Origin: Candidatus Borrarchaeum weybense
Lineage (GTDB): Archaea; Asgardarchaeota; Sifarchaeia; Borrarchaeales; Borrarchaeaceae
Reading direction: 5' to 3'
Assembly (NCBI GenBank): GCA_019057385.1
Contig: JAHQJS010000004.1
Span: 384,001-448,000, forward strand
DNA length: 64,000 nucleotides
Below the pieces are notes generated by a model. It was not told the origin of the DNA and searched no databases. It was given only the letters and a program-made list of their open reading frames with translations. This document shows positions 20,408-31,199 of this stretch, piece after piece. Each line of letters begins with the position of its first letter. Position 1 is the first letter of the stretch. The translations under genes were made by a program, and so were the position numbers.

Positions 20408-21210
20408 GCGCTCACCTCAGTTAACGCTCCAACACGTATCCAATTCTCTTTAAAAGCATCACCAAGCGTTTTGTGGCTACGGGGAAGTCTAACTGTGAGA
20501 TCAATAATCTCATAGTCATGATATTGTTTTAAGAGCATGTCAACAGCCTTAATTTTTGAGAAATCAAAGTATGATGCAATATATCCTGCAGGTGGGTAAT
20601 ATATTGTCATCATAGGTAAACTATAATGCCCAGTGATAAGTTTGGGACGGATGTCCACTGTATAAGATTTTTCTGGGTTCTGGAAGTTGTTTATTACACA
20701 GAGGTAGGAGTATAGTGTAGTCTGTACTAAATCCTCGATCTGCCACATAGGTGGCTTAAGCAAATTGCTTTTTACTTCGAGAATCCTGTGGATACCCCCA
20801 AGTTGATAATAACAGTCTGCCTGTCCAGTAATAATAAGAAGATCAGGAATCCAATATTCTTCAGAGAGTTGAACTGACCATCTTTGAGGTGCTGGTGACG
20901 ATGAGGGTAGCAACTCAATATGCGCCCTAATATACTCAGGCAACTCTTTAGTTAGGAAATGTAGCATGTATTCTTGTGGAACGCCTGCACTTAACAAGAA
21001 ATCTACCAAAGCACTTCTCTGTAGATATTTGAAAACATCTTTTGGTTGAAGTTTTTGAGTTAAGATCTGAACGAAAATGTCTTCAACTAATCTTCCCCAC
21101 ATGCCTTGTACATGCCGAGGGTATGCCACACTCTCTTTTCGAGTATGAAAATGATAGGTGTTCTGAAGAAACGAACGTAAAGCGCTAACCGTGACGTTTT
21201 GAAGAATCAT
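20404..21210 (-). CDS. PD-(D/E)XK nuclease (Cas4/RecB-like motifs)
   Basis: ITGQAD...ILEVKS...QTTLY. Confidence 0.7.
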   Translation of the reverse strand: MILQNVTVSALRSFLQNTYHFHTRKESVAYPRHVQGMWGRLVEDIFVQILTQKLQPKDVFKYLQRSALVDFLLSAGVPQEYMLHFLTKELPEYIRAHIELLPSSSPAPQRWSVQLSEEYWIPDLLIITGQADCYYQLGGIHRILEVKSNLLKPPMWQIEDLVQTTLYSYLCVINNFQNPEKSYTVDIRPKLITGHYSLPMMTIYYPPAGYIASYFDFSKIKAVDMLLKQYHDYEIIDLTVRLPRSHKTLGDAFKENWIRVGALTEVSA

Positions 21211-22430
21211 ATCTCAGTTCTCCCATAGGCTCTTCTATAGAAGCGTTCAATTTCTCTATAAGACCCTAACGTTTGGTCAGTTAGAGGTTCACGATGATAA
21301 TGATATGCTAATTGTAAAATGTCAGCTTCGGTGCTGTATACGGTTTTTTGAGAAGATCCATTTAAAGCTTGGAATGTGTACTTAGACAGTTCCTCAATTA
21401 GGTGTTTAACCATGTTTTCTGTGCTGTCGTAAAGTTTATTCAGATGGTAAAGATTTTTCTTCTGAAAGGTCTTTGTATGGTTTTTGCGGGCCTTAACAAG
21501 CCTTTTTAGCAAATTTGAGGTGTTATAGACGCCTTCAAGACGGTTTTTCCATTCATTTAGAGCGTTCTTAAAGGCTTCATCCTTTGATTTAGCGATCAGT
21601 TCTGATACTTCGGGAGCAGGATTAATATCTTTTCGAGCTGCATATTGAATTTGATATCCTATAGCTGCTTCAACGGTTTTATAATCGAAACTGCTAAACT
21701 TCATTGTTAATTCTTCGATCAGAGCTTTTAAATCTCGAATCATGTGTAAATTTAGTAATTCCAGCCTTATAAATTCGTAGAATCGCTTCAGTTGTTGATC
21801 TGGGAGCGTAAGAATTTTCTCATACCCTTCCATGTAGAACTGAAGGTAGTTCTTTTTTGAATCTGAGTCCGTAAGGAACTCAATTAAACGATATGGCTCC
21901 TCTTCTAGGACAACTTGTCTACCACGGTCTGTTTTTTCTTTGAAAAACATCAAATTTAAAGTCATATTTTTTAACGCTTTGAAGGCACGATACCCACTTG
22001 GTCGAGGCAGTCCAACTACTGAAATCAAATATGCTGGAGAATATCGATATGTCATATATCTATGCTGACTATTCCTTACTGGTGGAATGAGTAAATCTTC
22101 TTTTGATACAAGGTTGTACGTTTCCTTATCTGCTTTGAGGATTGGTGATAGAACTCCGATTAATTTTAGATCCTGTAATATCCTTGGTTCTTGGTTAAAA
22201 TCAACTGGAAACTCGTCTCTATTCAAAGGTATGACATAATCACGTTGATTTTTAACGAGGAAACCTAGTAACTCAGGAAAATTAACGTTAATATTGAAAA
22301 ATACTTCTGCAGCAAGCATCATGCCTCCAAAAATAAGGCGTGTAGACTTTTGGGCCATAACGCCATTAATATAGTCTTGAACTGCGCGAATTCTCGTTTT
22401 TTCATCTTTTTTGGTAATTTTACTAGGCAT
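21207..22430 (-). CDS. Hypothetical protein
   Basis: 407-aa ORF overlapping its operon neighbours; no motif recognised. Confidence 0.6.
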   Translation of the reverse strand: MPSKITKKDEKTRIRAVQDYINGVMAQKSTRLIFGGMMLAAEVFFNINVNFPELLGFLVKNQRDYVIPLNRDEFPVDFNQEPRILQDLKLIGVLSPILKADKETYNLVSKEDLLIPPVRNSQHRYMTYRYSPAYLISVVGLPRPSGYRAFKALKNMTLNLMFFKEKTDRGRQVVLEEEPYRLIEFLTDSDSKKNYLQFYMEGYEKILTLPDQQLKRFYEFIRLELLNLHMIRDLKALIEELTMKFSSFDYKTVEAAIGYQIQYAARKDINPAPEVSELIAKSKDEAFKNALNEWKNRLEGVYNTSNLLKRLVKARKNHTKTFQKKNLYHLNKLYDSTENMVKHLIEELSKYTFQALNGSSQKTVYSTEADILQLAYHYHREPLTDQTLGSYREIERFYRRAYGRTEI

Positions 22431-23850
22431 TTACTTCCACATCCTCTTTATATTTTATGAAATGATTATAATAAGCCTCCTGAACGTTCTTATAAATCTT
22501 ACAGAGATGATATTCACTAGATATTCTGGGATAACGGTGATCGGCATGAAGGAAGTTGGTATAGAAAACTCCATTAACTTGCCATGCAAGAAAAGATCTT
22601 AATTTTTTATCACTGGTAAAGACTGAAGAGAACCGTTCTTTTGCCATTGAACTGAAAATACGTGAAATAAGAAGTCCTAAGCCCCAGATTAACTGTCGGA
22701 ATCTTATGGTACTCGTTGAAAAACGCGAAATCAGGCGCCGTGCATCTTTACTTGCTTGCTGTGCCCCTTGCTCTAGATGATCAGTTACAATAACTGCAGC
22801 GAAATAAATCGCTAAATAGGCACTCCAACTTGTCACAAATGCGCTTGAAAGCATTCCACGGACATATCCATGAATAAGAAGTGCTGTAGTTAGAGTTTTT
22901 ACGTCATATTGATCAATAAAGTCTTTTAAAACCTCTGGAAGGCGAATCCATAATGTTGAAGAAGCGCCAGAATCTGGCGGTTCATCTGTACTTGGCTTAT
23001 GGGTGCTTCTAATGGAAATAATGCCGAAATCCTGCAGCCTCGTCCTCAGAGTATCTTCCCGAGTTTCTTTTGTAAGTGCTTCCAGTAATGGAATTTCTTG
23101 AGCATCTACCCAGTCAAACCATTGATTCACATCTGCGATTGTACCTCGCTCTGGGTCTTCTTCATCCTCATCTATGTCATTTTGGCGTGCTCGATCATCT
23201 ATATGTTCGATAATGGCATTAAGATACTGTTTCCATCGATGAGGATCACCTCCAGGTGAACCCGGTTGGTCATGAGCCAAGGGTACACTAGTTGTCATAT
23301 CTAGACGCGGTCTTTCCTCTGAACGCATGATACGCGAGAAAGATTCCAGCAGATCTTGATTTTTGATGATATATTCAAAAATCTCTCTATCATCTTTTGT
23401 TGGTTGTTTGATCCAGTTTACGTTCTTACGGGCGTTTATTAAGGCATCAGGCTCGATAATTTCATCCTTTGGGTCCACGTGATCTCCAAGTTTCCGATTC
23501 CAGAAGAATTGATTTCGTAAAACGTTGAAATATTTGGTTACATGCTCTGTGATTTTTTGTTTTTGGCAGTATTCTGTAAATTCTTGGTATATCTTGCTAT
23601 ATGGCTGTGCAGTAGGTGCTTTTTTAAATATAGCTTGAAATTTCTGGGCAAAATTATCGTATGCTTCTGATCTTCGCAATAAAGTAGAAAAAAAAGGTTT
23701 TAGCGGGTCATGTCCTTCTGATCTCTGTTTTCCTAGAGTAAACAAGGTGTACTGATAATTGCCAATTACTTGGTATAGTAAATATGGGATACTATCTGGA
23801 ATGCTCTTTCTCAATCTTAGGCTAAAGATGTTTGGATACGGTCTCACCAA
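22423..23850 (-). CDS. Hypothetical protein
   Basis: 475-aa ORF heading the minus-strand operon; acidic internal region. Confidence 0.6.
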   Translation of the reverse strand: MVRPYPNIFSLRLRKSIPDSIPYLLYQVIGNYQYTLFTLGKQRSEGHDPLKPFFSTLLRRSEAYDNFAQKFQAIFKKAPTAQPYSKIYQEFTEYCQKQKITEHVTKYFNVLRNQFFWNRKLGDHVDPKDEIIEPDALINARKNVNWIKQPTKDDREIFEYIIKNQDLLESFSRIMRSEERPRLDMTTSVPLAHDQPGSPGGDPHRWKQYLNAIIEHIDDRARQNDIDEDEEDPERGTIADVNQWFDWVDAQEIPLLEALTKETREDTLRTRLQDFGIISIRSTHKPSTDEPPDSGASSTLWIRLPEVLKDFIDQYDVKTLTTALLIHGYVRGMLSSAFVTSWSAYLAIYFAAVIVTDHLEQGAQQASKDARRLISRFSTSTIRFRQLIWGLGLLISRIFSSMAKERFSSVFTSDKKLRSFLAWQVNGVFYTNFLHADHRYPRISSEYHLCKIYKNVQEAYYNHFIKYKEDVEVNA

Positions 23851-24046
23851 TCTCTATCACAACCTTAATCTTGTTTTTTCTTACTACAACGTGATGCTAT
23901 CCTAGATGGTTTCATGCTATTTCTCATATATTGTTTCTAGAATAAGAAAGTATTTATATCATAACTAGTCCATTACATATATCATGGATAGTTTCACCTA
24001 TATAAAGATATTGAAAGGAAATGCAGAAGCTTAAGAGGGATTCACA

Positions 24047-24976
24047 ATGGAATTTGAATACGGAGAGATTTATCCTTTTGACGAAGAAGGAGTTAACTAT
24101 TCTGGTACGAGTTGGTATGAACTGGTCGGGCTAGACACGGCAAAACAAAAACTTGAACAGTTTGTAAAGGCAATATTGCAGCAATCCTTTTTTGAAGATA
24201 CACGACTTCCCTTTAGACCCTCTATTCTTTTACAGGGTCCCCCTGGTACAGGAAAGACCGCTCTTACTCTTGCTTTTGGTCAAAAAGAAAAATTCCCCAT
24301 TATTATCTTGCTTACTACTAAAATTATCCGCGCAAAACTAGGTCAATCGGGGGAAAATCTAAGTAATGCCTTTGCGTACGTCAAAGATTATGCTATTCAG
24401 AGAAAAAAACCATTGATATTGTTCATCGATGAATTTGACTCTTTCGCTCGCCAACGGGATGACGTACAAGAAATAGGTGAGATTAAGCGGTTGGTTAATT
24501 CGTTATTAACTGAATTAGATGTTTTAATCGCCCAACATAAGAATATTATTCTCATTGCAGCTACTAATCATGCTAACACCATTGATAGGGCCGCATTCCG
24601 AAGATTTGCTATTCAAATTGATTTTACTATTCCAGCACCTGAGTTACGTCATCATATTTGGAGTGAGTTTCACCGTAGAATTCAGTTAAGAATTCCAGAG
24701 TGTAAGTGGGATCTTGACACATTAGTGGAACGAACTGAAGGATATACTGCAGCTGATATCGAGCGTATCGTTCTTAGCGCAGCTATCGAATACATACATC
24801 AGGATCTCGACACAATCAATACGGAATTGCTTCTCCAACAATTAAGGTATGTGACACCCACATCCAAGCACATGGGCAAGGAAGAATTGTCTGATCTTTT
24901 AGACCTAGATAGTATTGATCTCCGCAAGATTAAAGGAATTACCGATGGATTTAAGACTCAAGCAAGTCGTTTATAA
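24047..24976 (+). CDS. AAA+ ATPase (classic clade, single domain)
   Basis: GPPGTGKT, LFIDEFD, AATNH..IDRAAFRRF, GYTAADI. Confidence 0.92.
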   Translation: MEFEYGEIYPFDEEGVNYSGTSWYELVGLDTAKQKLEQFVKAILQQSFFEDTRLPFRPSILLQGPPGTGKTALTLAFGQKEKFPIIILLTTKIIRAKLGQSGENLSNAFAYVKDYAIQRKKPLILFIDEFDSFARQRDDVQEIGEIKRLVNSLLTELDVLIAQHKNIILIAATNHANTIDRAAFRRFAIQIDFTIPAPELRHHIWSEFHRRIQLRIPECKWDLDTLVERTEGYTAADIERIVLSAAIEYIHQDLDTINTELLLQQLRYVTPTSKHMGKEELSDLLDLDSIDLRKIKGITDGFKTQASRL

Positions 24977-27900
24977 CTCTCTTTTGTGGAAAGTAACGGA
25001 CGCCAAGAGTATGAGTTCAAAAGAAAGCTTAAAAACAGCGAACTTCCAAGACATGTATCTGGTTTTAAAAGCTGTCGAAGTAAACAATTTCGGAATACAT
25101 AAGCATTTAACAATGTCCTTTGAGAAACCTATCAACTTAATTGTTGGGGCAAACGCAGTTGGAAAAACTACACTCTTAGATGCTGTTAGCATTGCTTTAG
25201 GTGGAGAGAGTGATCGCTACGGGACTCTCAAAGATTTAGTAGGTTATGTTGGACCCGCGGGAGACAAAGCTTCAGTAACAGTGTACTTGAGAAATCCGTC
25301 TAATGAGAACAAAAATCACCCACTTGTTGACTATGGAATATATACGAACTACGTGAAAGAAGAATTAAAAATTGAGGTCACAATCACCCGAGATTCAGTT
25401 TACTGGCAAGTAAATGATCGACAAAAAAAGCATGGCCGACAAGAAATTCGGAAGATGCTTCAAAGTGCAACCATTCGGATAGATATGTCTGATGAGATTT
25501 TGTTTACACGTAAAGACACGATTGATAAGTTCATGAGCGGAAGTCCTGTCGAACAGTTCCAACAAATTCTCACTTCTCTTAAACTCGCGAACTTACAGGA
25601 AGATATCCAAAACACTCAAGGTGAAGTCAAGAATTTACAAAATAAACTCCCGGAATTAGATTATCGACGGAAAAGTCTTGAGAAGGATCTTGAAGTAGCT
25701 AAACAGTTGAAAGAACAATATGAGCGAAAGTTTGACTTATTAGACCAAAAAGCAAGATTAACAAACATCTTGAACTGGATAGAGTATAATGAATGGCAAA
25801 CACGACTAATAGAGTTAGATGAGCAGACAACTCTCTTAAAAAAAGATCTTGAGGAGTTACAACACGAATACCAAGAAATAGAAACTCAATCTAAGCAAAA
25901 CAAACGAAATGAGCAGTTATTACAAGACCAGCTAAACGAGATGCAAACAAGGCTGACAGATTTAACCCGCCAAAATGAGGAGAGACTCCGAAATATCGGC
26001 TTAATAAAAGAAGATATTGCTGGGAAGGAGGCGGAACACCGTATCAAAGATCAGTACCTTCAAGAAAATGTTCAAAGACAGGAAAATTTGCAAAAAATCT
26101 ACCAAGAAGAAATTATTAAAGGCTCTCTCTTGTCATTAGAAGATTGGAAGAATTCTAAACCATTAATTGAGGAAAAAAGACGTGCACTAAAAGACTTACA
26201 GCAAAAAGATATACAGGCACTACAGACATGCAATAGCCGGTTATCACATCTTGCCACACGGATCAAGCGGTATGATACGCAGGAAAATCAAATACTCAAT
26301 GAGTTAGCTAAACTGAATCAAACTGTAACAAGTGGAACAAAATTTAATGCTGGGGAACACCATGTATTAGCACTACGCCGAGCCTTGGATCAGCTTCTTT
26401 GGGGGAAAAAAGTTACAAAACCGCTATTTCAGGAGATTTTTATAAAACCTGATGGCGAACTCTGGGAAGGAGCCATAAATCATGCGCTTGGGGGATTGCG
26501 TTCATATGTTCTAGCTAAGGATGCGGCAACAATTAATCAATTGAGAGAGTACATGGAACAGAACAATTTCAGTGTTTGGGTCGCACGTTTACCCAAAATA
26601 GCAAATATTCCAACTAGATCACTACAATCTCTTCCTGAAAACTTAAAAGATCTTATAGTAGGCTGGATTGACGATTTTTTGGAGTTTGATGATCCATTTA
26701 TTGCTACCTATCTTTTAGCGAGAACTCGCGCACTTCTGGTAAAGAGTAATGCTTCCGCCACTGAACTCTTAGAACTGGCTAAAATAACGGGCGCAGACGT
26801 GTACACTGCGCAACCCTCGGTATTTAAACCTGATGGACGCTTCCGCACGAACGTCCGAACCTCCTACTCATTAGGAAAAAGAACTGATAATATCGAGAAA
26901 GTCATAGAACTTCAAACAAAATTAGAGCACATCAAAAATGAACGCGCAAAATTAATAGACCAGCGTTTAAAGATTCTTGAAAAAAAGGCAGAGCTTCAGG
27001 ATAAGCAAGCTCAATTGCAAGAACAAATCGATGCATTACAAGATCAAATCACTCACATGGCCAAGAAGGATCCTACATCGATACTGAAATCTATTGAAGA
27101 ACTAGACAAAACGATTAAGGAGCAACATAAAGAAATTGAGCGAATAGCAGAAGAGTTAGAAAGCACTAAGACTCGATTAAAGCCATTAACAGAGAATACC
27201 TTCATTGAGGAAATTAAATACCTTAATAATGAGATCCCTAAAATTCAAGAACAGATTGGGGGATATAGAACTCACGACCAAGTTCTTGAAAATCGTTTAA
27301 TTGAATTAAAGTCAAAAATTGAAACTATGAAAGCCGAATATCAAGATATTGAAAGAGATCTAGAGCTCCGCCGCAGTAAAGTTGCACAATATAAAGAAAG
27401 CTTGGTCGATCCTGCCCCAAAACGCCTTCCACCCAAAACAAAAGTTCTGAGAGAAATTTATGAAATTGATGGTGCTGTAAATCAAATCACAGCCACTGCT
27501 TATGATGTAGAGCAGTACGAGAAACTAGAGAAATATTATCAAGAAACAGGACAAGATATTGAGAGAGTTTCACAAGCACTAGATGAAACTAGACAGCAAC
27601 TTGAAGATTACTATCAAGAATGGAAACAACGAGTCAAGTTTGTTCTTCAACAGCTTCAGGATGTGGCGAACTTTTTACTATCTCCTTTCATTCAGGTTAG
27701 ATGCTCTACAACTAATTCCTTGGATATGAAACAGATTGGTCTAAAAGTAGAGTTTACTAACAAGACGAATGGAAACGAGAAATATGAACTTTATCATGTG
27801 GCTTCCGGTGGTGAGCGTGCTTTAATCACTCAATCATTGTTCTTAGCTTTACATACGCTGAATCGAAGTTCTCCTATCCACATTGTCGATGAATTTACTC

Positions 27901-28106
27901 AACGTTTGGACGAAAAATATCGCGGTCACGCCTTTATCATGGTTAAACGCCTTCTAGAAAAACTCAAGGAAATAAACGGACAGAATGGCGGTTATAACTG
28001 GAATCTGATTCCTCAGCTCATTTTAGTTGCACCAATAGTAGTAGGAAGCTATATCCCTCCAGAAATAGATACTCAATATTTATTCAAAGTAACTAAACTG
28101 AGTTAA
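24915..28106 (+). CDS. SMC-family ATPase, SMC5/6-like
   Basis: Walker A GANAVGKT, two coiled coils around a hinge-like region, signature ASGGER, Walker B IVDEFTQRLD. Confidence 0.85.
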   Translation: MISARLKELPMDLRLKQVVYNSLLWKVTDAKSMSSKESLKTANFQDMYLVLKAVEVNNFGIHKHLTMSFEKPINLIVGANAVGKTTLLDAVSIALGGESDRYGTLKDLVGYVGPAGDKASVTVYLRNPSNENKNHPLVDYGIYTNYVKEELKIEVTITRDSVYWQVNDRQKKHGRQEIRKMLQSATIRIDMSDEILFTRKDTIDKFMSGSPVEQFQQILTSLKLANLQEDIQNTQGEVKNLQNKLPELDYRRKSLEKDLEVAKQLKEQYERKFDLLDQKARLTNILNWIEYNEWQTRLIELDEQTTLLKKDLEELQHEYQEIETQSKQNKRNEQLLQDQLNEMQTRLTDLTRQNEERLRNIGLIKEDIAGKEAEHRIKDQYLQENVQRQENLQKIYQEEIIKGSLLSLEDWKNSKPLIEEKRRALKDLQQKDIQALQTCNSRLSHLATRIKRYDTQENQILNELAKLNQTVTSGTKFNAGEHHVLALRRALDQLLWGKKVTKPLFQEIFIKPDGELWEGAINHALGGLRSYVLAKDAATINQLREYMEQNNFSVWVARLPKIANIPTRSLQSLPENLKDLIVGWIDDFLEFDDPFIATYLLARTRALLVKSNASATELLELAKITGADVYTAQPSVFKPDGRFRTNVRTSYSLGKRTDNIEKVIELQTKLEHIKNERAKLIDQRLKILEKKAELQDKQAQLQEQIDALQDQITHMAKKDPTSILKSIEELDKTIKEQHKEIERIAEELESTKTRLKPLTENTFIEEIKYLNNEIPKIQEQIGGYRTHDQVLENRLIELKSKIETMKAEYQDIERDLELRRSKVAQYKESLVDPAPKRLPPKTKVLREIYEIDGAVNQITATAYDVEQYEKLEKYYQETGQDIERVSQALDETRQQLEDYYQEWKQRVKFVLQQLQDVANFLLSPFIQVRCSTTNSLDMKQIGLKVEFTNKTNGNEKYELYHVASGGERALITQSLFLALHTLNRSSPIHIVDEFTQRLDEKYRGHAFIMVKRLLEKLKEINGQNGGYNWNLIPQLILVAPIVVGSYIPPEIDTQYLFKVTKLS

Positions 28107-28280
28107 GATCCGTAAATCTACACTTGTAGGGCTTATACGTTATTATCAAATATTGTGAAGAATAAAAAAAATATTTATTGTACATTTACATAATATGATC
28201 AAAATATGAAGACTTGAAAAATTAATGTTTCATTTTCATAATTGTACATGTTCCAGTATGACGACTATAAAGGTGACTAA

Positions 28281-31133
28281 GTGATAGAACATAAACCTTC
28301 CTCGAAGGAAACGTATCTACTAGGCATTGACTTAGGCACTACTAACACCTATGCCTGTTTATCAAAAATTCGAGATGAAAGATTATTAGATATTATTCCT
28401 ATAGGTATAACGCAACTCCGACAAAGTTTTCAGACAACTACTGACGAGTGTTTACCTTCGGTAGTTTACTTTCTTAAACAAGAAGAATTTGGTGTAAATT
28501 GTCTTGTAGGTAAAGGCGCTAAGGAACTTATTACTTCAGAACCAGAACGGGTTATCTGTTCGTCTAAAACTCACATTGGAACCGATAAAGTCTACAAGAT
28601 CAACGGGATGTCTTATATACCCCGTGATATCGCAGCAATTATTTTTGATACAGTCAGGCAGAGTGTGCAAGTATCCTCTCCAGAATATCTCCAAGGCGAT
28701 ATAATTGTAGGTGTTCCATCTCGATTTAATGCAGAACAAAAGGCAGATACTCTTAAGGCTGCAGAAAGAATATTTACGAAAGCATCAACTATCTCTTTAG
28801 TGGAGGAACCAGAAGCTATTGCTTTGTGGTATCTCCATGAGGAGATTAATACTGACAGTAAAGATACCTTTCTTAAAAAATGGTGTTTTGGAAAAAGGCG
28901 ATTTTTAGTTATAGATATGGGTGGGGGAACGTTAGATGTAGCCATTATCGAGGCGACACTACGTGACGATGTCGAATTTGATAAAGAGAATCCAAAAACA
29001 TATCCAATAGTAAAACGAATAGCAATTGGTGAATTTACTCAATGTGCAGGAGATGAATTTGACAAATTAATAGCGGAGAAACTACGCGTAGAACTTTATC
29101 CTAATCTTTCAGACGAGGAATATGAACACTACAAGCCATGTTTTCTCGAACAAGCGGAACGGATTAAGTTGGCTATTAGTCTGAAGATGCGAATGCAGGA
29201 CGCTTCCACTACGGTCCGAATACTGTTCTATTTATTAAGCACACATGAACCAAAAGAAAGCATATGGGATGTTGATAAGTACTATAACGCAGTTAAATCA
29301 CTACTTCCTCCCTCTGGCTTTACGTTTTATCATGATTATATCGAGGAATACAATCGAAAACAATGGTTGAAAACTACTATCCTTCGTCCGATTATTGATG
29401 CATATATCCAAATAGATGAGAATGAACGTCTAATTGATGGCCGTTTGTTCGATGTATTCATTCTAGCGGGCGGAATGGCTGAATTTCCCTTAATTGAAGA
29501 CATCTTTCATGAAATTTTAGGTGTTGCACCTGTTCGTCTGCGGAAGGACCCCAAGAGAGCTGTTGCTCGAGGTTTAATTGTTGAACATTATTTTGAGAAA
29601 TTTGACAGTATTTCTAAAAAAACTATCGGACAGACTTATGGCGTTAAAGTTTTTGATCGGAGCAAGCAACAGCCTGTATGGAAAAAATTTATTCGAAGAG
29701 ATGAAGAACTCCCGATCATTAAGAAAAATGTGCTTTCTGGAACATTGAGTGCGAAACAATCTAAGATCCTTTTTTCACTAGGTAAAAAACCTATAGGGGA
29801 GGAGAATTATGCACCTATCCGAGACTACTCGGTTGCATTAGATCCACCCCCAACAGAGCAAATTGCCTTCTCTCTTAATGTTTTAGTGAATGAATCTGGT
29901 GCAATTGAAATAGATGGAAAACGAGGTGATAATTGTGGGTTTATTCGGATAGGGGCATTAACAGGCGATGAAAGAGAAGAAGATTATGAGCCATTAATAC
30001 CTGAAGCGACTGATCGGAAGTTCACTCGTGAAAAACTTAACGAGTTACTTCCTAAAAAGGAATCGATAATTCGACCAAGAGAAGATAAGAGCCCTAAGAC
30101 AGTTTTAATTGAATTTAGGAAAGTTCTTGATCAAGAAAAGAAAAACAGAAGGAAACTCAGTCAACATCGTGAAGAATTTGCAAATTTAAGGAAAATTAGA
30201 AAAGCGCTCCGATCTCTTCAACAGAGTTACAGAAATAGATTTGGAGATCTTAAGAAACTCAAACATAATATAGCCACAAAAAATGTCTGTTTTGATGAAC
30301 TTCGAGAATACGTCCTTCTATTTGGTGATATTGTTAAATCGCATGTTCAGCGTAATGAGCCATGGAAACTTGACCAATTAACTGCATCTATTATCGCTGA
30401 TTTGACGGAAGTGATTCTAGAATATGGTCTACGTGGTGAAGTGCTATTTTCTTTAATGAGGCTCATTAGATATGTTATTCTCAAAATTCCAACTTTCCAG
30501 CCACCTAGATTCCAAGATTTGATTGATTTCGCCTTAGAAGAAAGTGGTAAATGGACTGAAGAGGTTTACTACGCCTTAAGTTTGATGGCAAATCCTTCAT
30601 CTTATCTTATCGACAAAATTATTTTTGCCCTCACATCAAAATACGGATTTAGTGCACTTCATGCCCTAGGCTTGTTTGTTAGACGACAAAATGAAACACA
30701 AAGTTATGATTTTCCAACTATACAAACTATTTGGGTGACTCTTCTTCATTTATTCACAAAAATAATTGAAGATGCTCCCTATGAAATTGAATTACCTCCA
30801 CTCAGCTCTGATATTATAGCCAATAGCAGATTTCAATCAACTAAATTTGACAATTTAAGAAAGAACGAGACATTTCTAGAAAAACTCTTCTTTATATTGG
30901 CTTACTTCGTGAAAAGTGAAGTTGATCTGCCCGAAAAACAGCGATATCCTGAAATGCTCAGAATAATATTTAACAGCAATGAATTACCAGAGATGCTTCA
31001 CTATCAGATCCAATTATGCCTGTACTGGTACGAAGGACAAAAATTCTTAGAAGAAATCGATGCTCGGGATGAAGAATTAGAGACCCAGGAAATAAGTAAT
31101 AGGATTATTGAGTATTATCTCCAAATTAACTAG
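28281..31133 (+). CDS. Divergent Hsp70-like protein with helical C-terminal extension
   Basis: GIDLGTTN, VGVPSRF, EEPEA, IDMGGGTLD, LAGG motifs; C-terminal third unlike DnaK. Confidence 0.85.
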   Translation: MIEHKPSSKETYLLGIDLGTTNTYACLSKIRDERLLDIIPIGITQLRQSFQTTTDECLPSVVYFLKQEEFGVNCLVGKGAKELITSEPERVICSSKTHIGTDKVYKINGMSYIPRDIAAIIFDTVRQSVQVSSPEYLQGDIIVGVPSRFNAEQKADTLKAAERIFTKASTISLVEEPEAIALWYLHEEINTDSKDTFLKKWCFGKRRFLVIDMGGGTLDVAIIEATLRDDVEFDKENPKTYPIVKRIAIGEFTQCAGDEFDKLIAEKLRVELYPNLSDEEYEHYKPCFLEQAERIKLAISLKMRMQDASTTVRILFYLLSTHEPKESIWDVDKYYNAVKSLLPPSGFTFYHDYIEEYNRKQWLKTTILRPIIDAYIQIDENERLIDGRLFDVFILAGGMAEFPLIEDIFHEILGVAPVRLRKDPKRAVARGLIVEHYFEKFDSISKKTIGQTYGVKVFDRSKQQPVWKKFIRRDEELPIIKKNVLSGTLSAKQSKILFSLGKKPIGEENYAPIRDYSVALDPPPTEQIAFSLNVLVNESGAIEIDGKRGDNCGFIRIGALTGDEREEDYEPLIPEATDRKFTREKLNELLPKKESIIRPREDKSPKTVLIEFRKVLDQEKKNRRKLSQHREEFANLRKIRKALRSLQQSYRNRFGDLKKLKHNIATKNVCFDELREYVLLFGDIVKSHVQRNEPWKLDQLTASIIADLTEVILEYGLRGEVLFSLMRLIRYVILKIPTFQPPRFQDLIDFALEESGKWTEEVYYALSLMANPSSYLIDKIIFALTSKYGFSALHALGLFVRRQNETQSYDFPTIQTIWVTLLHLFTKIIEDAPYEIELPPLSSDIIANSRFQSTKFDNLRKNETFLEKLFFILAYFVKSEVDLPEKQRYPEMLRIIFNSNELPEMLHYQIQLCLYWYEGQKFLEEIDARDEELETQEISNRIIEYYLQIN

Positions 31134-31199
31134 ACTTGAGATATCATCACTAGAACAAGAAGATTTTAGGCAAAGTTATTAGTCTATAAAAATTAATGC

